Assembly (NCBI RefSeq): GCF_009914755.1
Contig: NC_060927.1
DNA: 64,000 nt
Origin: the human T2T-CHM13v2.0 reference genome, Homo sapiens
Reading direction: 5' to 3' (one strand)
Position 1 is the stretch's first letter. Each line of letters opens with the position of its first letter. The position numbers were made by a program, and so were the translations under genes. A model generated the notes under the pieces. It made no database searches. It saw only the letters and a list, made by a program, of their open reading frames with translations, and was not told the DNA's origin. Shown here in pieces: positions 40,878 to 55,250 of the stretch.

Positions 40878-41027
<150 letters not shown>

Positions 41028-42854
41028 CTAATACTTTTGAATTATATTAATTATATTTCACCTGTGCCATGCTTGGCTTGGAGCAACCGGTTATACTGTA
41101 AATATACACAGCCATACCAAATGTGAGGCAGAAATGGTTAATTGATAACGACCAATATTTTAGACTATAATTATGTAGATTTTCTTTGAGAAATATTGGC
41201 AACAGAAGAGAGAAAGAAGTTTGTAGAGCAGGTTTTATGGATGTATGTATATATAAACCTACATCGCTAGCTAAATTTGGTTGGACATATGGACATATGG
41301 TTCCTCTGAGGGAACTTTAGGATTAAAATTGCAAAGATAGGTGAACATCACACTGTGGAAAGTTCTTAATGAAAGACTCACATTAATTTAGAAGCATAAT
41401 AGAAAGATCTGCACTATTAAAACAGGGCTTCATGACTATGTACCTGGTTATATTTCATAGTGTAAATTGTTAGAGTAAAATCTTATGATAGCATTGACCA
41501 TGAAACAGAAGAAATACAATCAGCAGGACTTGTCAAGTAATTGTTAGAGAATGTTAGGTTAAAAGTAAAGAGAAGAATAAAGTCGACACAATTTTCTGCT
41601 TCTGTGATTGCTATTTTCAGGAAGAGTCAACTCAGAAATAAGCAGTTCTGTAGCAAGAGGCTGATGTACCATTGTGGAGTAAATTAAGAATCTTTCATTA
41701 AACATTTGGGGGCCTGCTATATTAGTAAGTTATTGAACAATATAACAAAGGAAAAAGTCATTCATCTTAATCATGGTAATTTTTAAAAGGTCAAATAACC
41801 AGGCTAGAATCACTCCAAGTTTAGCATTTTTTTAGAACCATAATATGTAGTGTAATTTAAATACTTCTTTATTTATTTTGCAATGTGTGATGAGTGTTAA
41901 TGTTTTATTTTTGTTACTCTAAAAATTATACACAAGTATTCTAGTTCTTTAAAAAATGAAAATGCTACAAAAGCAATAGAGAAAAAATAACAAATTTGTA
42001 CTTAAGACCTATATACATGCATAAATAGTATTGAATATATATTCATCATTCATAATTAATATTCATAATTCTGATACAAATATCTGATAATGTATTGAAA
42101 ATTTTAATACACTGGTATTTTAAAATTAAAATATTTTACACAAAACTAGGTTTATTTGTAAAAATATATAAGTTATACAGCATTTTAAATACACAGAGCT
42201 CAACTGCAGTTTCAAAGACTTCACTTCTCTAAGTGTTTGAGGTATTGGTAGATTTAATGTCACTAATTGTAATAGATAGAAATATTTATCTAGTTTTGTC
42301 AGTCTTTCCAAATATATTGCCAAAAATCAAGCCCTACTGAGAACCATCTAACTAAGAGAGTAGAATAATTAAGAAAAGAAATTACTATATGAAGCAGTAA
42401 AAGAGAAAATCTGTATTGTCTAAAATGAGGAGTGTTATTTATATATGCTTCTCCATGAAGGACAATTCAGAACATTTTTAGTGGCTTTAATGTATTAGAT
42501 TTTGAAAATATTTTTATAATTTCCAAATAATTAAAAAGTAAGAAATAATTTTATATTAAAATAAATGAGCTGGATTTATTCTATTTATTTTTCATTTTTA
42601 TTTATTAAATTTCAACTTAAATTTAATATCTGTTTTAACTCTCATATACTAATTTTCATAAGTAGTTCATAAGTATATTTATACTTTTTTATATACCTTT
42701 ATCACTAAAGATTTTGTAATTGGGTTAATCAAAATCTAGTTATAAGAATGAGCAAAAATTTTAAAAGCATGTTTGTAGTTTTATGAGAAAAATAAATGAC
42801 ACAAAACAAACTCTAAAAAAAGAAAACGAATACTAGTCTTCAAATTTCTTCTTT

Positions 42855-45470
42855 GTAAAAAATAGCTTTTATTGAGATATAATTCATATAGTATACAATT
42901 AACTCATTCCAAGTATACAATTCAATGGCTTTTAGTATAATCAGAGTTATGCACCCTTTACCACCATCTAGGTTTACCATATTCCCATCAGCTCCAAAAG
43001 AAACACCATAGCCAGTAGTAGTCACTTCCTATTTTCTCCCAGCCACCTGTCTCCTCAGCCCCTAGCAACCACTAACCTACTTTCTGGGTCTATAGATGTA
43101 CCTATTCTGAACATTTCATATAAATAGAATTATAAAATTATATGTCGACACAAAAACTTGGATAAGAATGTTCATAGCAACATTATTCATAATATGTAAA
43201 AGGTGGAAACCACCCAAATATCTTTCATATGCTCACACTTATAAACAGATTTTGAGTATCCCAATTAGAGAGTCTTTAGTGATAAAGGTGTATAAAATAA
43301 TATATAAATACAGTTATAAACACTTAGTATATAATTTAAGATCTAAATTCGAGGTCATACATATGATCGCTTGTATCTGGCCTCTTTAACTTAGTATTAG
43401 GGTTTCAAGGTTCATTCATGTTGTAGCATGAATCAGTACATCATTCTTTAAATAGCTGAATATTATTGCATTTTATAGAACTACCAAATTTTAATTATTA
43501 AATTAAAATGAAAGATATTTGGGCAGTTTCCAACTTTTAGATATTATGAATAATGTTGCTGTAAACATTCTTATCCAAATTTTTGTGTGGGCATATGCTT
43601 TCTTTTTTTTTTTTTTTGGTATCTGTCTAGGGGCGGAAATGGATAGGTCATAGAGTAACTGTATGTTTCATCTTTGAGGAACTTCTACACTGTTTTACAA
43701 AGCAGCTGAACCACTTTACATTTCCATCATCAATGTATGAGGGTTCCAAATTTCTGACTCTTTTTTTTTCAGCCACACTAGTGCGTATGGTGTGGTTTCT
43801 CATTATAGCTTCAATTTGCATTTCCCATGTGACTAGTGATATTGAACACCTTTTCATGTGCTTATTGGCCATTTGTGTATCTTCCTTGAACAAATGTCTA
43901 CACAAATTCTTTGCCTGATTTAAAATTGAGTTTTTCTTTTTACTATTGAATTGTAAGTGTTCTTTATATATTCTGAATTTGAGATCCTTACCATATATTT
44001 GATTTACAAATATTTTCTGGTATTCTGATGGTTGTCTTTTTATTGCTTGATGGCTTCCTTGAAGCACAAATGTTAACTTTGATAAAGTCAATTATTATTT
44101 TTTTCTTTTATTATTTGTGCTTTTGATGTCAAATATAATTTTCTTTTGTTACCTGTGCTTTAGATGTCAAATATAAGAAAACATTCCCTAATTTAAGGCC
44201 ACAGAGAATTATAACTATGTGTTTATCTAAAAGTTTTATAGTTTTAGCTCCTACACTTAGATCTTCAATCCATTTGAAACTGCCTTTGCAAAAATTATTA
44301 CTGTAAGAGAAGTCTAGCATGGCTGACTCCATCTTGCTCCTACCCTCACAGACTGGCTGTCTTCTCATTCCTGGGTATAGGCCAAGCTGAACATAAGAGA
44401 AATTAAGTTTATAGTTTAACTTTGATGCAAAGAAGATGATTACAGTCTTTCCCTAAAACTAACTCTTTCCTTGTTCAGGGACCAAAAACTGCCTTTGTAA
44501 AGTTAATGAGATTAGGATTATAGGAGGGGCATGAATTCTGCTAAAATGTAAACATAGTTTCTATAATTCCTCACTACTCAGGAGTCATGTGGCCAGAGGT
44601 CACAAGATTTATGACTTCCTCAATTGCTCTTACAGATAACATTACTACTGGAAAATCTAAGACTGGTGTTTTGAGGTGTTTTTCAGACTTTTGCATTCTG
44701 CTAACCAACTGACCCCACCTCGTTCCATGACTCCTGACTCAAATGGTTCTGTGTCCCTCACTCAGAGGCAAACTCAGTGTATAAGGACCATTTTCCATGT
44801 CTCTATGATTGCATTCCCAACCCATCAGGAACAGCCATTTCCTAGTTCTCTGCCAACCAAACTATCCTTGAAAAACTCTAACCTCTTAGTCTTTGGGAGA
44901 CTGATTTGAGTAATAAACTCTGTCTTCCATGTGGCTAGCTTAGTATTAATTAAACTCTTTTTTACTGCAATACCATGGTTTTGGTGAATTGGTTTTACTG
45001 TGTGGGCAGGAAAAACTTGTCAGGTGACAACACATTTTGAGTTTATTTTTGTGTATGGTATAAGGTAGGGATCTAACTTTTATCTTTTCCATTTACACAT
45101 CCAGGTGTCCCAGCACCATTTGTTGAAAAGGATATTCTTTCCCTGTTGAAATAATGTCTTGGCACCCAAACTGAAAATGAATTCACCTCAGGTAAAGATT
45201 TATTTCTGAACTTTCAATTATGTTCCACTGATCTATCTATAAGTCAATTATAGATCATTATACCTATTTTGATTACTGTAGCTTTGTCCTAAATTTTAAA
45301 ATCAGGAAACGTGAAAATTTCAAATTTTTTTTGCTTGCTTTGACTATTCTGGCTCCCTTGCATATCTATATGAATTTGAAGACTAGCTTGTCATTTTTTT
45401 GTGTAAAAAGTCAGGTGGGATTGTGCTGGGAATTGCATTGAATTCATAGATCAATTTAGGGAGTATCTGA
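42855..45470 (-). mobile_element. L1MB-like 3' fragment, interrupted by a templated insert and LTR8A
   Basis: TTTTATTGAGATATAATTCATATA 3' end; ORF 43648-44091(-) with L1 ORF2p C-terminal motif KEDTQMANKHMKRCS. Confidence 0.88.
44275..45032 (+). mobile_element. LTR8A-like solo LTR
   Basis: TGAAACTGCCTTTGCAAAA..GAGAAGTCTAGCATGGCTGACTCCATCTTG; ends ..GACAACA; 4-bp TSD CATT. Confidence 0.9.
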
Positions 45471-46161
45471 ACCTAATTTTTATAGTTGCACAAATTGAGG
45501 TTTCCCCAACTGTGGCGTAATCACATTTAAGGTATCTGGGAATTATTTACTATAATAGATATTTACATTCTGCCCATTAATGCTCATTGGATGGTTATTC
45601 ATAGTTTGTCATGAATTTAGAAAGTTTACAATATATTAATTCCTTCCTAATATGAAAACTATTCTAGAGACCTTGCTGAAAGCATATGAGGCAAGAAATT
45701 GAGTATCACATGTCTTCATATTTCCATCTTTCTTCTACACAATCCAGTTTCCTTATTACTTCTCACTTGTAAAGTATTTTGAGCATTCGCTCTAAGGGTC
45801 TGTCTACTGTCTAGAGATAAATATTTTGTAGGTAACTAAATATTTTTTTTTATTTTTCAGTTCATCATTTATCTCATTGATTGTCCTAAAATAACAATAC
45901 TCATTTGATGTGCATTTTTAGAAGTCAAATAATTATAATCTATTTTCCTTTTACAGTATTTCAAGAAATATATTCATTAGGTATGTTTTAACAAAGCAAC
46001 AATAATATAATTAGTTATACAATGTGTGGAAATAATATTTTAATAAAAATCCTGAGAATAAAATGTGGCAATTTCTGATACATGTATTTAACAAACCAAT
46101 AGTGCTTCTGTGTTGTAGATGTGTTCTTAATGCTTTATGAATGTTAAATTTTTATAACGAT

Positions 46162-48110
46162 TGATTCTGTTCCAAGATGGCCAAATAGGAACAGCTCTGG
46201 TCTGCAGCTCCCAGATGTACAAGATGGGTGATTTCTGCATTTCCAACTGAGGTACCTGGGACTGGTTGGACAGTGGGTGCAGCCCACAGAGGGCGATCCA
46301 AAACAGGGTGGGGCATTGCCTCACCCAGGAAGGGCAAGGGGTCGGGGGATTTTCCTTTCCTAACCAAGGGAAGCCGTGACAGACTGTACCTGGAAAATTG
46401 GGACACTCTTGCCCAAATACTGGGCTTTTCTAATGGTCTTAGCAAATGGCACACCAGGAGATTATATCTCGCGCCTAGCTTGTCAGGTCCCACACCCACG
46501 GAGCCTTGCTCACTGGTAGTACAGCAGTCTGAGATCAAACTGCGAGGTGGCAGCCTGGCTGGGGGAGGGGCATCCATCATTGCTGAGGCTTGAGTAGGTA
46601 AACAAAGCATCCAGGGAAGCTCTAACTAGACAGAGCCCACTGCAGCTCAGCAAGGCCTATTGCCTATGTACATTCCACCTCTGGGGGCAGGGCATAGCTG
46701 AACAAAAGGCAGCAGAAACTTCTGCAGACTTAAATGTCCCTGTCTGACAGCTCTGAAGAGAGCAGTGGTTCTCCCAGCATGGTGTTTGAGCTCTGAGAAT
46801 GGACAGACTGCCTCCTCAAGTGGGTCCCTGACCCCCGTTTAGCCTAACTAGGAGACATCTCTCAGTAGGGGCCCACTGACACCTCATACAGGTGGGTGCC
46901 CCTCTGGGACGAAGCTTCCAGAGGAAGGATCAGGCAGCAATGTTTGTTGTTCTGCAATATTTGCTGTTCTGCACCCTCCGCTGGTGATACCCAGGCAAAC
47001 AGGGTCTGGAGTGGACCTCAAGCAAACTCCAACAGACCTGCAGCTGAGGGACCTGACTGTTAGAAGGAAAACTAACAAACAGAAGGGAATAGCATCAACA
47101 TCAACACAAAGGATATCCACACCAAAACCCCATCTCTAGGTCACCAACATCAAAGAGGAAAGGTAGATAAAACCACAAAGATGGGGAGAAACTGGAGGAG
47201 AAAAGCTGAAAATTCTAAAAACCAGAGTGACTCTTCTCCTCCAAAGGATCGCAGCTCCTCACCAGCAACGGAACAAAGCTGGACGGAGAATGATTTTGAC
47301 GAGCTGACAGAAGTAGGCTTCAGAAGTTCAGTAATAACAAACTTCTCCTAGCTAAAGGAGGATGTTCGAACCCATCACAAGGAAGCTAAAAACCTTAAAA
47401 AAAAATTAGACAAATGGCTAACTAGAATAAACAGTGTAGAGAAGCCTTAAATTACCTGATGGAACTGAAAACCATGGCACAAGAACTCCGTGACACATGC
47501 ACAAGCTTCAATAGCCAATTCGATGAAGTGGAAGAAAGGGTATCAGTGATTGAAGATCAAATTAATGAAATAAAGTGAGAAAAAATGTTTAGAGAAAAGA
47601 GAGTAAAAAGAAACAAACAAAGCCTCCAAGAAATATGTGAAAAGACCAAATCTACGTTTGATTGGTGTACCTGAAAGTGATGGGGAGAATGGAACCAAGT
47701 TGGAAAACATTCTTCAGGATATTATCCAGGAGAACTTCCCCAACCTACCAGGGCAGGCCAACATTCAAATTCAGGAAATACAGAGAATGCCACAAAGATA
47801 CTCCTCGAGAAGAGCAACCCCAAGACACATAATTGTTAGATTCACCAAGGTTGAAATGAAGGAAAAAATGTTAAGGACAGCCAGAAAGAAAGGTCGGGTT
47901 ACCCACAAAGGGAAGCCCATCAGACTAACAGCAGATCTTTCAGCAGAAACTCTACAAGCCAGAAGAGAGTGGGGGCCAATATTCAACATTCTTAAAGAAA
48001 AGAATTTTCAACCCAGAATTTCATATCCAGCCAAACTAAGCTTCATAAGTGAAGGAGAAATAAAATCCTTTATAAACAAGCAAATGCTGAGAGATTTTGT
48101 CACCACGAGG
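46162..48110 (+). mobile_element. L1PA (L1PA7/8-like) 5'UTR plus most of ORF1, 3'-truncated
   Basis: CCAAGATGGCC YY1 site at 5' end; ORF1 ATG at 47181; ORF 47637-48167 KRPNLRLIGVPE..TPRHIIVRF..ARREW..YPAKLSF; in-frame stops upstream. Confidence 0.95.
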
Positions 48111-48484
48111 TTATTCTCACTAAGCCTTTTAGATAGCCTCCCTGCTCCACCATTTCACTGCTTTTAATGACTTTCCTAAACTCATGCACAAATATTCAAC
48201 TGAATATTAGAGGGGGCACCTTGCAGATCTCTGAGGTTCTCTGGCATCTCTCTAATTATTGGTACTCGTTTTCCATGAAGTGTAGCCACTTTGGATTTCC
48301 TGGGCCCCCAGCTATATCTTCTCAACTCAGGGAGACTACCAAGCCTGCCTGGATTATCTTTTCCTGCATACAGTCTATAAAATGTCTGGAGGAGTAAACT
48401 GGGGCAATTATTGGGCTCATCTTGTTTGTTTCCAATATCTTTATAGTCCTTTAATATCCCATGTCTAGTGCCCTGAACACCATT

Positions 48485-48594
48485 GTGTGTGTATATGTAT
48501 ATATGTATATATAACTATTATATTCATGTATATGTAGTATATATTATGTACTACTGTGTATGTGTGTGTGCATGTGCGTGTGTGTGTGTGTATA
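48485..48594. repeat. (TG)n/(TA)n compound microsatellite
   Basis: Direct inspection. Confidence 0.85.
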
Positions 48595-49899
48595 CTTGAC
48601 CAGAAGCAGAAGTTTCACAATGTGATTTTCATCAATCAAAATGCAGAGCAAAAAAGGCCCTAAGACCAAAATACAAAACACAAAACCTAAACTATTAGTA
48701 TTGTTAGGAGAATTAAAACTAGTAATCTTATATTATTTAAATAAATAATGTCAATCTACCTTACACACTTACATATATCCATGAGTTTAGATCAGAGAAG
48801 CACTTATCTTCAAAGCAATTATATTGATGTCCATCATAAAACTTTGATTATAGGCCTGTAACTTCCCACAGATTAGCCTTCAACACCGTGACTTCCACTC
48901 ATTCCTTCCACTCTTACATTCATTCCTGGCGTTAAATTCTTGCGTGACTTGGGTTTCAACACCTCTATTCAGTATAAACCATGATGTTTTATATACAGTT
49001 AGATTTCCTTTCTCCAAATAGATGGCTTCTTATTTACTTTCATATTTCTCTGGATCTTTCATCTAGCATTCTCTCACACTTCTTATTCTTTAGGACTTAT
49101 TTTTGTTGAGTCCCGCCACTAGCTCACCAGCGTGACAGAAAAAAAAAATCAATATTTTCTATCTAGAAATGTTGGTCAATCACTTATTTTCAGAACAAAA
49201 GCTAAACAGTACTGAGGAAGAGAACACCTGTGTAATTTGCTGAATCAGTCTGATAAATAATGGCAAACCACAAGGCAGCAAGTATTGATGTAAATTTGCC
49301 TTCACTTTCTGGTTGATAATAGTTCATGTGAGTAAAGGAAGATTATTCCAGAGATAATTTATAAATAGGTTCAATTAACATTGTAAGAATTTAAAGAGTA
49401 CTTCTTTTGGCTTTATGTTGGGTTAGATTTTTTGAATTTCCTTTTAAGACCAGAATTAAGCCCTGTAAAAATGAAACTAAACAAAACAAAGCAAAAAAAC
49501 AGAGACCAGAAATTCACTAGGCGTTATTACCAAAAATTGCCATAAAATGGATTAAACAGGAAAATGCATATTTAATAATGTTAGTGATTAAGGAAAAGAG
49601 ACTTGTCATTTGTTCAAAGAAACAAGCAGAAACCTAGAAATGGGATCAAGGTTAAGTGATTAAGAGTCATATCAATCCCAAAACAAAGTGGTTTTATATA
49701 TTTAAGACAACAGGTGTGAAAGAAGCCAGAGGCTTCTGATATTTGCTTTAAAAAGACAACAAAACTGGAGAACCAACACTAGTTTATTTTGAGAATTATA
49801 AAGCTACAGTAATCAAAACTGTGTGATATTGGCATCAAGATAGATAAATACATCAATGGAACAGAGTAGAATCTAGAAATAGACTCAAATATATATTTT

Positions 49900-50576
49900 C
49901 TACAACAATTTGAATTGCTGTGACAAACTACCATGAACTGAGCAGCTTATAAACAACAGAAATTTATTTTTGGAGTAAAAAAACAGTTTTGGAGACTGGT
50001 ACAACCATAATTAAGACTCTGTTGTGGTCAGGTGTGTTGGCTCACGCCTGTAATCCCAGCACTTTGTGAGGCCGAGGCGGGTGGATCATGAGGTCAACAG
50101 ATCGAGACCATCCTGGCTAACATGGTGAAACTCCGTCTCTGCTAAAAATACAAAAATTAGCCAGGCGTGGTGGCGGGCACCTGTAGTCCCAGGTACTCAG
50201 GAGGCTGAGGCAGGAGAATAGCTTGAACCTGGGAGGTGGAGGTTGTAGTGAGCCAAGATCGTGTCACTGTCTACAGCCTGGAAGGCAGAGCTAGACCCCA
50301 TCTCAAAAAAAAAAAAAAAAAAAAAGACTCTGTTTTCTGGAAGGCCAGCTTCCTGGTTCATAGACAGCTGTCTTCTTGCAGCATCCTCACATGGCAGAAG
50401 TAGACAAGGGACCACTCATTCTAGGGTGTCTTTATAAGTGCATTAACCCCATTTTTGAGGGCTTTGTCCTTATGACCTAGTCAATCTCCCAAAGGCACCA
50501 CCTTTAATACCATCGCATTGTGAATTAACTTTCAACATATGAATTTTGGGAGGACGTAAACATTCAGTCTGTGGCA
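49900..50576 (-). mobile_element. MLT1A/MSTD-like LTR split by an Alu
   Basis: GCTTATAAACAACAGAAATTTATTT; CCTCACATGGCAGAAG; TTTCAACATATGAATTTTGGG..CATTCAGTCTGTGGCA. Confidence 0.8.
50026..50325 (+). mobile_element. AluSc-like
   Basis: GATCGAGACCATCCTGGCTAACATGG; TSD AAGACTCTGTT. Confidence 0.95.
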
Positions 50577-51075
50577 TATATGGACTATTGATTTCCACAA
50601 AGAAGCATAGGAAATTACACAGAAAAATGACAGTCTTTCCAAAATATGGTTGTGAGATAATTGGATATTCACATGCAAAATGTAAACTTTAATTCATATC
50701 TTGAACTTTATACAAATATTTTCTCAAAATAAATCATAGGCCAAAATGTTAAAATCAAAACTATAATATTTTCAGAAATAATAGTAAGAGAAAATCTGTG
50801 TGATATTGTGTTAGGCAAATATTTCTTACATATTTTACCAAAAATATCCATACAGGAAAAAAATTAATAATTCAGATTTTCTCAACAGTGAAAAACTTCT
50901 GCTCTTCAAAAGACATTGTTAAGAGAATATGCAGACAACCTATATATTGGAAGAAACTATTTGCAATGCATAAATTTTATAAAGGACAAGTCATCCCAAC
51001 ATATTTTTGTAAAAAGATTTCAAAACTCCATGAAAAGATGCTAAACAATCCCATTAAAAATAGGCAAAATATTTG

Positions 51076-52185
51076 TTACATGGTTCTATTGTATGATGCT
51101 GAGGTTTCAGGTATGGATTCCATCACCCAGGTTGTAAGCATAATACCCAATAAGTAGTTTTTTAACCTATGACCTTCTTTATCCCTCTTCACGCTAGTAG
51201 TTTGCAGTGTCTATTGTTATCATCTTTATGCCCATCTGTACTCAGTGTTTAGCTCCCACTTATAACTGACAACATGTGGTATTTGGTTTTCTGTTCTTGT
51301 GGTGATTTGCTTAGGATTATGACCCCCACCTACAGGCTGCAAAGGACGTGATTTTTTTTTATGGCTGTGTATTATTCCATGGTGTACATGAACCACATTT
51401 TCTTTAGCCATCCCACCACTGATGGACACCGAGGTTGATTCCATATCTTTGCCATTGTGAATAGCATTACATTGAACATATGAGTGCATGTGTCTTTTTG
51501 GTTGAGTGACTTATTTTCTTTGAGTGGATACCTAGTAATGGGATTGCTGGGTCAAATGGTAGCTCTGTTTTAAGTTATTTGAGAAAACTCCAGACTGCTT
51601 TCCACAGTGGCTGAACTAATTTATAGTCTCATCGGCCATGTAAAAGTGTTTTCTTCTTCTCAACCTTATTTCTTTGACTTGTAAAAAGTAACCATTCTGA
51701 CTGGTGTGAGATGGTAGGTATTTCATTGTGGTTTTGATTTACATTTCTCTGATGATTAGTGATCACAAGCATTTTTCCTCTGTTTGTTTGCCACAGACCC
51801 TTTGAGAATGGTCTGTTCATGTCTTTTGCCAATTTTTAAATGCAGTTATTTGTTGCTTTTTTTTGCTTGTTGATTTAAGTTCCTTATAGGTTCTGATTAT
51901 TAGACATTTGTCATATGCGGAGTTTGCAAATATTTTCTCCCATTCTATAAGTTGTTTGTTTACTCTGTTGAAATTCTTTTTTTTTTTTTCTGTACAGAAG
52001 CTCTTTCGTTTAATTACTTCACACACGTCAGTTTTTGTTTTTGCTGCAGTTGCTTTTGGCGACTTAGTCAAAAATTCTTTGCCAAGACCAATATGGAGAA
52101 GGGTATTTCTTAGGTTGTCTTCTAGGATGTGACAAACCCGCACATGTACCCCTGAATCTAAAATTAAAGTTGAAATTATATAAGA
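51076..52185. mobile_element. L1PB/late-L1PA 3' insertion with 5' inversion (minus 51076-52127, plus 52128-52185)
   Basis: Minus part carries ORF2 end and 3'UTR; plus part ACAAACCCGCACATGTACCCCTGAATCTAAAATTAAAGTTG is the terminal 3' end. Confidence 0.85.
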
Positions 52186-52483
52186 AATAAACAAGCCTTT
52201 ATATAAAAATATGTATTATGTGACAAAGAAAGCATGAGAAAATGGAGAAGAATTATTTTACAAATGGTATTGAGATATTTTGGAATCATACTCATAATAA
52301 ATTTTAGATGAGTTCAGTAGTGTATAATATATACACACACAAACACATATGCATACATACACACACTTTGAATAAATATATATGCATACAGATATATATG
52401 TATACATGTGCATGTGCATATGTGTATATATGTGTGCATTTGTATATATACATATAAACTTTTTTAAGTAGACAAAATATTTG

Positions 52484-52567
52484 AAAAGATATTTCACAAA
52501 ACAAAAGATATTTCACAAAACAAAAGATATTTCACAAAACAAAAGATATTTCACAAAACAAAAGATA
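52484..52567 (+). repeat. 19-bp minisatellite, 4.4 perfect copies
   Basis: (AAAAGATATTTCACAAAAC)4 + AAAAGATA. Confidence 0.95.
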
Positions 52568-53309
52568 CAGATGACAAATAAATACATGAAAAGAGGCTGA
52601 ACATCATTAGTCATAAAGAAAATGCAAATTAAATCATATCTATTTATTACTACCCATTTTATATATGGCGAAAACTAAGAAACATGCTCATAACAACTGT
52701 TGACAAGGGTGTGAAGAACTGAAACTCTCATACATGGTGGTGAGAATATCAAATGATAGAGTCACTGTGGATACAGTTTGACACTTTCTTAAAAAGTCCA
52801 AGCTAGACCTACTTTATATCCCAGCCATTTCACTTCAGTGTAATCAACCAAGAGAAATGAAAAGTCTTGTTTATATGGAAATCTGTGTATTGATATTTAT
52901 ATAGGCTTTATTTGTGATAGTCCCAAATCGAAAAAAGAATCCAAATAACCACCAACAGATAAATGAATTTAAAAGTGTTCTATGCTCATACAGTCGATAA
53001 CTATTCAGCAATAAAATAAAGCAATTATTGATATGTGTAGCAACAAGGATGAATCCCAATATAATAATGTTTAGTGAAAGATGTAATATGCAATATAAAA
53101 TAGAATATATAGTGTGGGATTACAGTTATATAAAACTCTGGGAAAAGGCATAATTGCAGAATGCAGAGAAGTGATTGGGGATGATGAAGGATTAGGCCAG
53201 GGTGGAAGGCAGGATTACAAATGCATATGAAACTTTTTGAAATGATGGATATATTTACTCTGTCTATTGTGGTCATAGTTTTACAGGTCTGTGCTTAAGT
53301 CAAAACCTA

Positions 53310-53666
<357 letters not shown>

Positions 53667-53742
53667 TTAGCTATGAGCTGTTAATTACATGTCAATTTTA
53701 TCTCAATAAAGCAGGTAGAAATTTTTAAAAATATATATTGTA

Positions 53743-54037
53743 GGCTGGGCGTGATGGCTCTTGCCTGCAATCCCAGCACTTTGGGAGGCCGATGTGGGCC
53801 GATCACTTGAGGTCAGGAGTTTGATACCAGCCTGGCCACCATGGTGAAACCTTGTCTCTACTAAAAATACAAAAATTATCTGAGTGACGTGGCACGCACT
53901 TGTAATCTCAGCTACTCAGGAGGCTGAGGTAGTAGAATTGCATGAACCCAGGAGGTGGAGGATGCAGTGAGCTGAGATCAAGCCACTGCACTCTAGCTTG
54001 GGCGACAGAGTGAGACTCCGTCTCAAAAAAAAAAAAA
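53743..54037 (+). mobile_element. AluS-like
   Basis: Full dimer with poly(A). Confidence 0.95.
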
Positions 54038-54828
54038 TTATATATATATAGTGAATAAATCACGAAATTTGGAACAGTTGAGAGAGTTTATATACAATGC
54101 CATTTAATTAAGAAATGCTAATATGATAATATGATGGGATTAGGAAAAACTAACATGACATCACCATATGATGAGACCTAAGGTAAGGTTAATGCAGAAA
54201 ATCTATACCATAAACCCCTGTATTCTTTCTTGAGATGACTAAAGCTAAAATACAGAGGTAAACACAATCAGTTGAGAGATGATTCTTAGTGTATATATGA
54301 TTAACATAAACCATTTGTTTAAGATGAATCAAACTTTCCCTGGTAGTGTGTATTTAGAAAATTATAGTTTGTCCAAAAGAAGATATTATATAATATATTA
54401 TACTGTCAGTAATAGCTTAATTACTGTACCTATACATACTATAAAATATGTATACTTTGTTACAACATCTTTTAGTGCAGGAGAATAGTTGTACTACATT
54501 ATTACTTGATATAAGTCTTGCAAGAAAAATTAGACATCATATAAATTGAGGTTATAGGTACCCATATAAATTACTTCAATAAAGCACCTTTCAAATGAAA
54601 GTTTAAAGCCAAGTAACTTTACCAAGTTGCCAAGATAAAGTTTTTGCAAACTATAATTACAGATAATGAAACACTTTGATTTCTTAGAGTCTTGCTAGTT
54701 ATATGTCAATTAAATAACTCATTTTGTGGTCCAAAATTAAAATTTTATTTGCTTTTATATTGTGTTGAAGGAGAATAAATTATATTACTATTGCTCACCT
54801 GAATTAGAGAAGTATATAATTATAGTAA

Positions 54829-55250
<422 letters not shown>

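Noticed and set aside
44100-44176. ~40-bp diverged tandem duplication inside L1
   Set aside because: Ordinary local duplication with no further structure
47637-48167. 176-aa ORF
   Set aside because: C-terminal half of L1 ORF1p with upstream stops, running into flank; not a host gene
52484-52567. CRISPR-like array
   Set aside because: Contiguous repeats with no spacers, in eukaryotic L1 DNA
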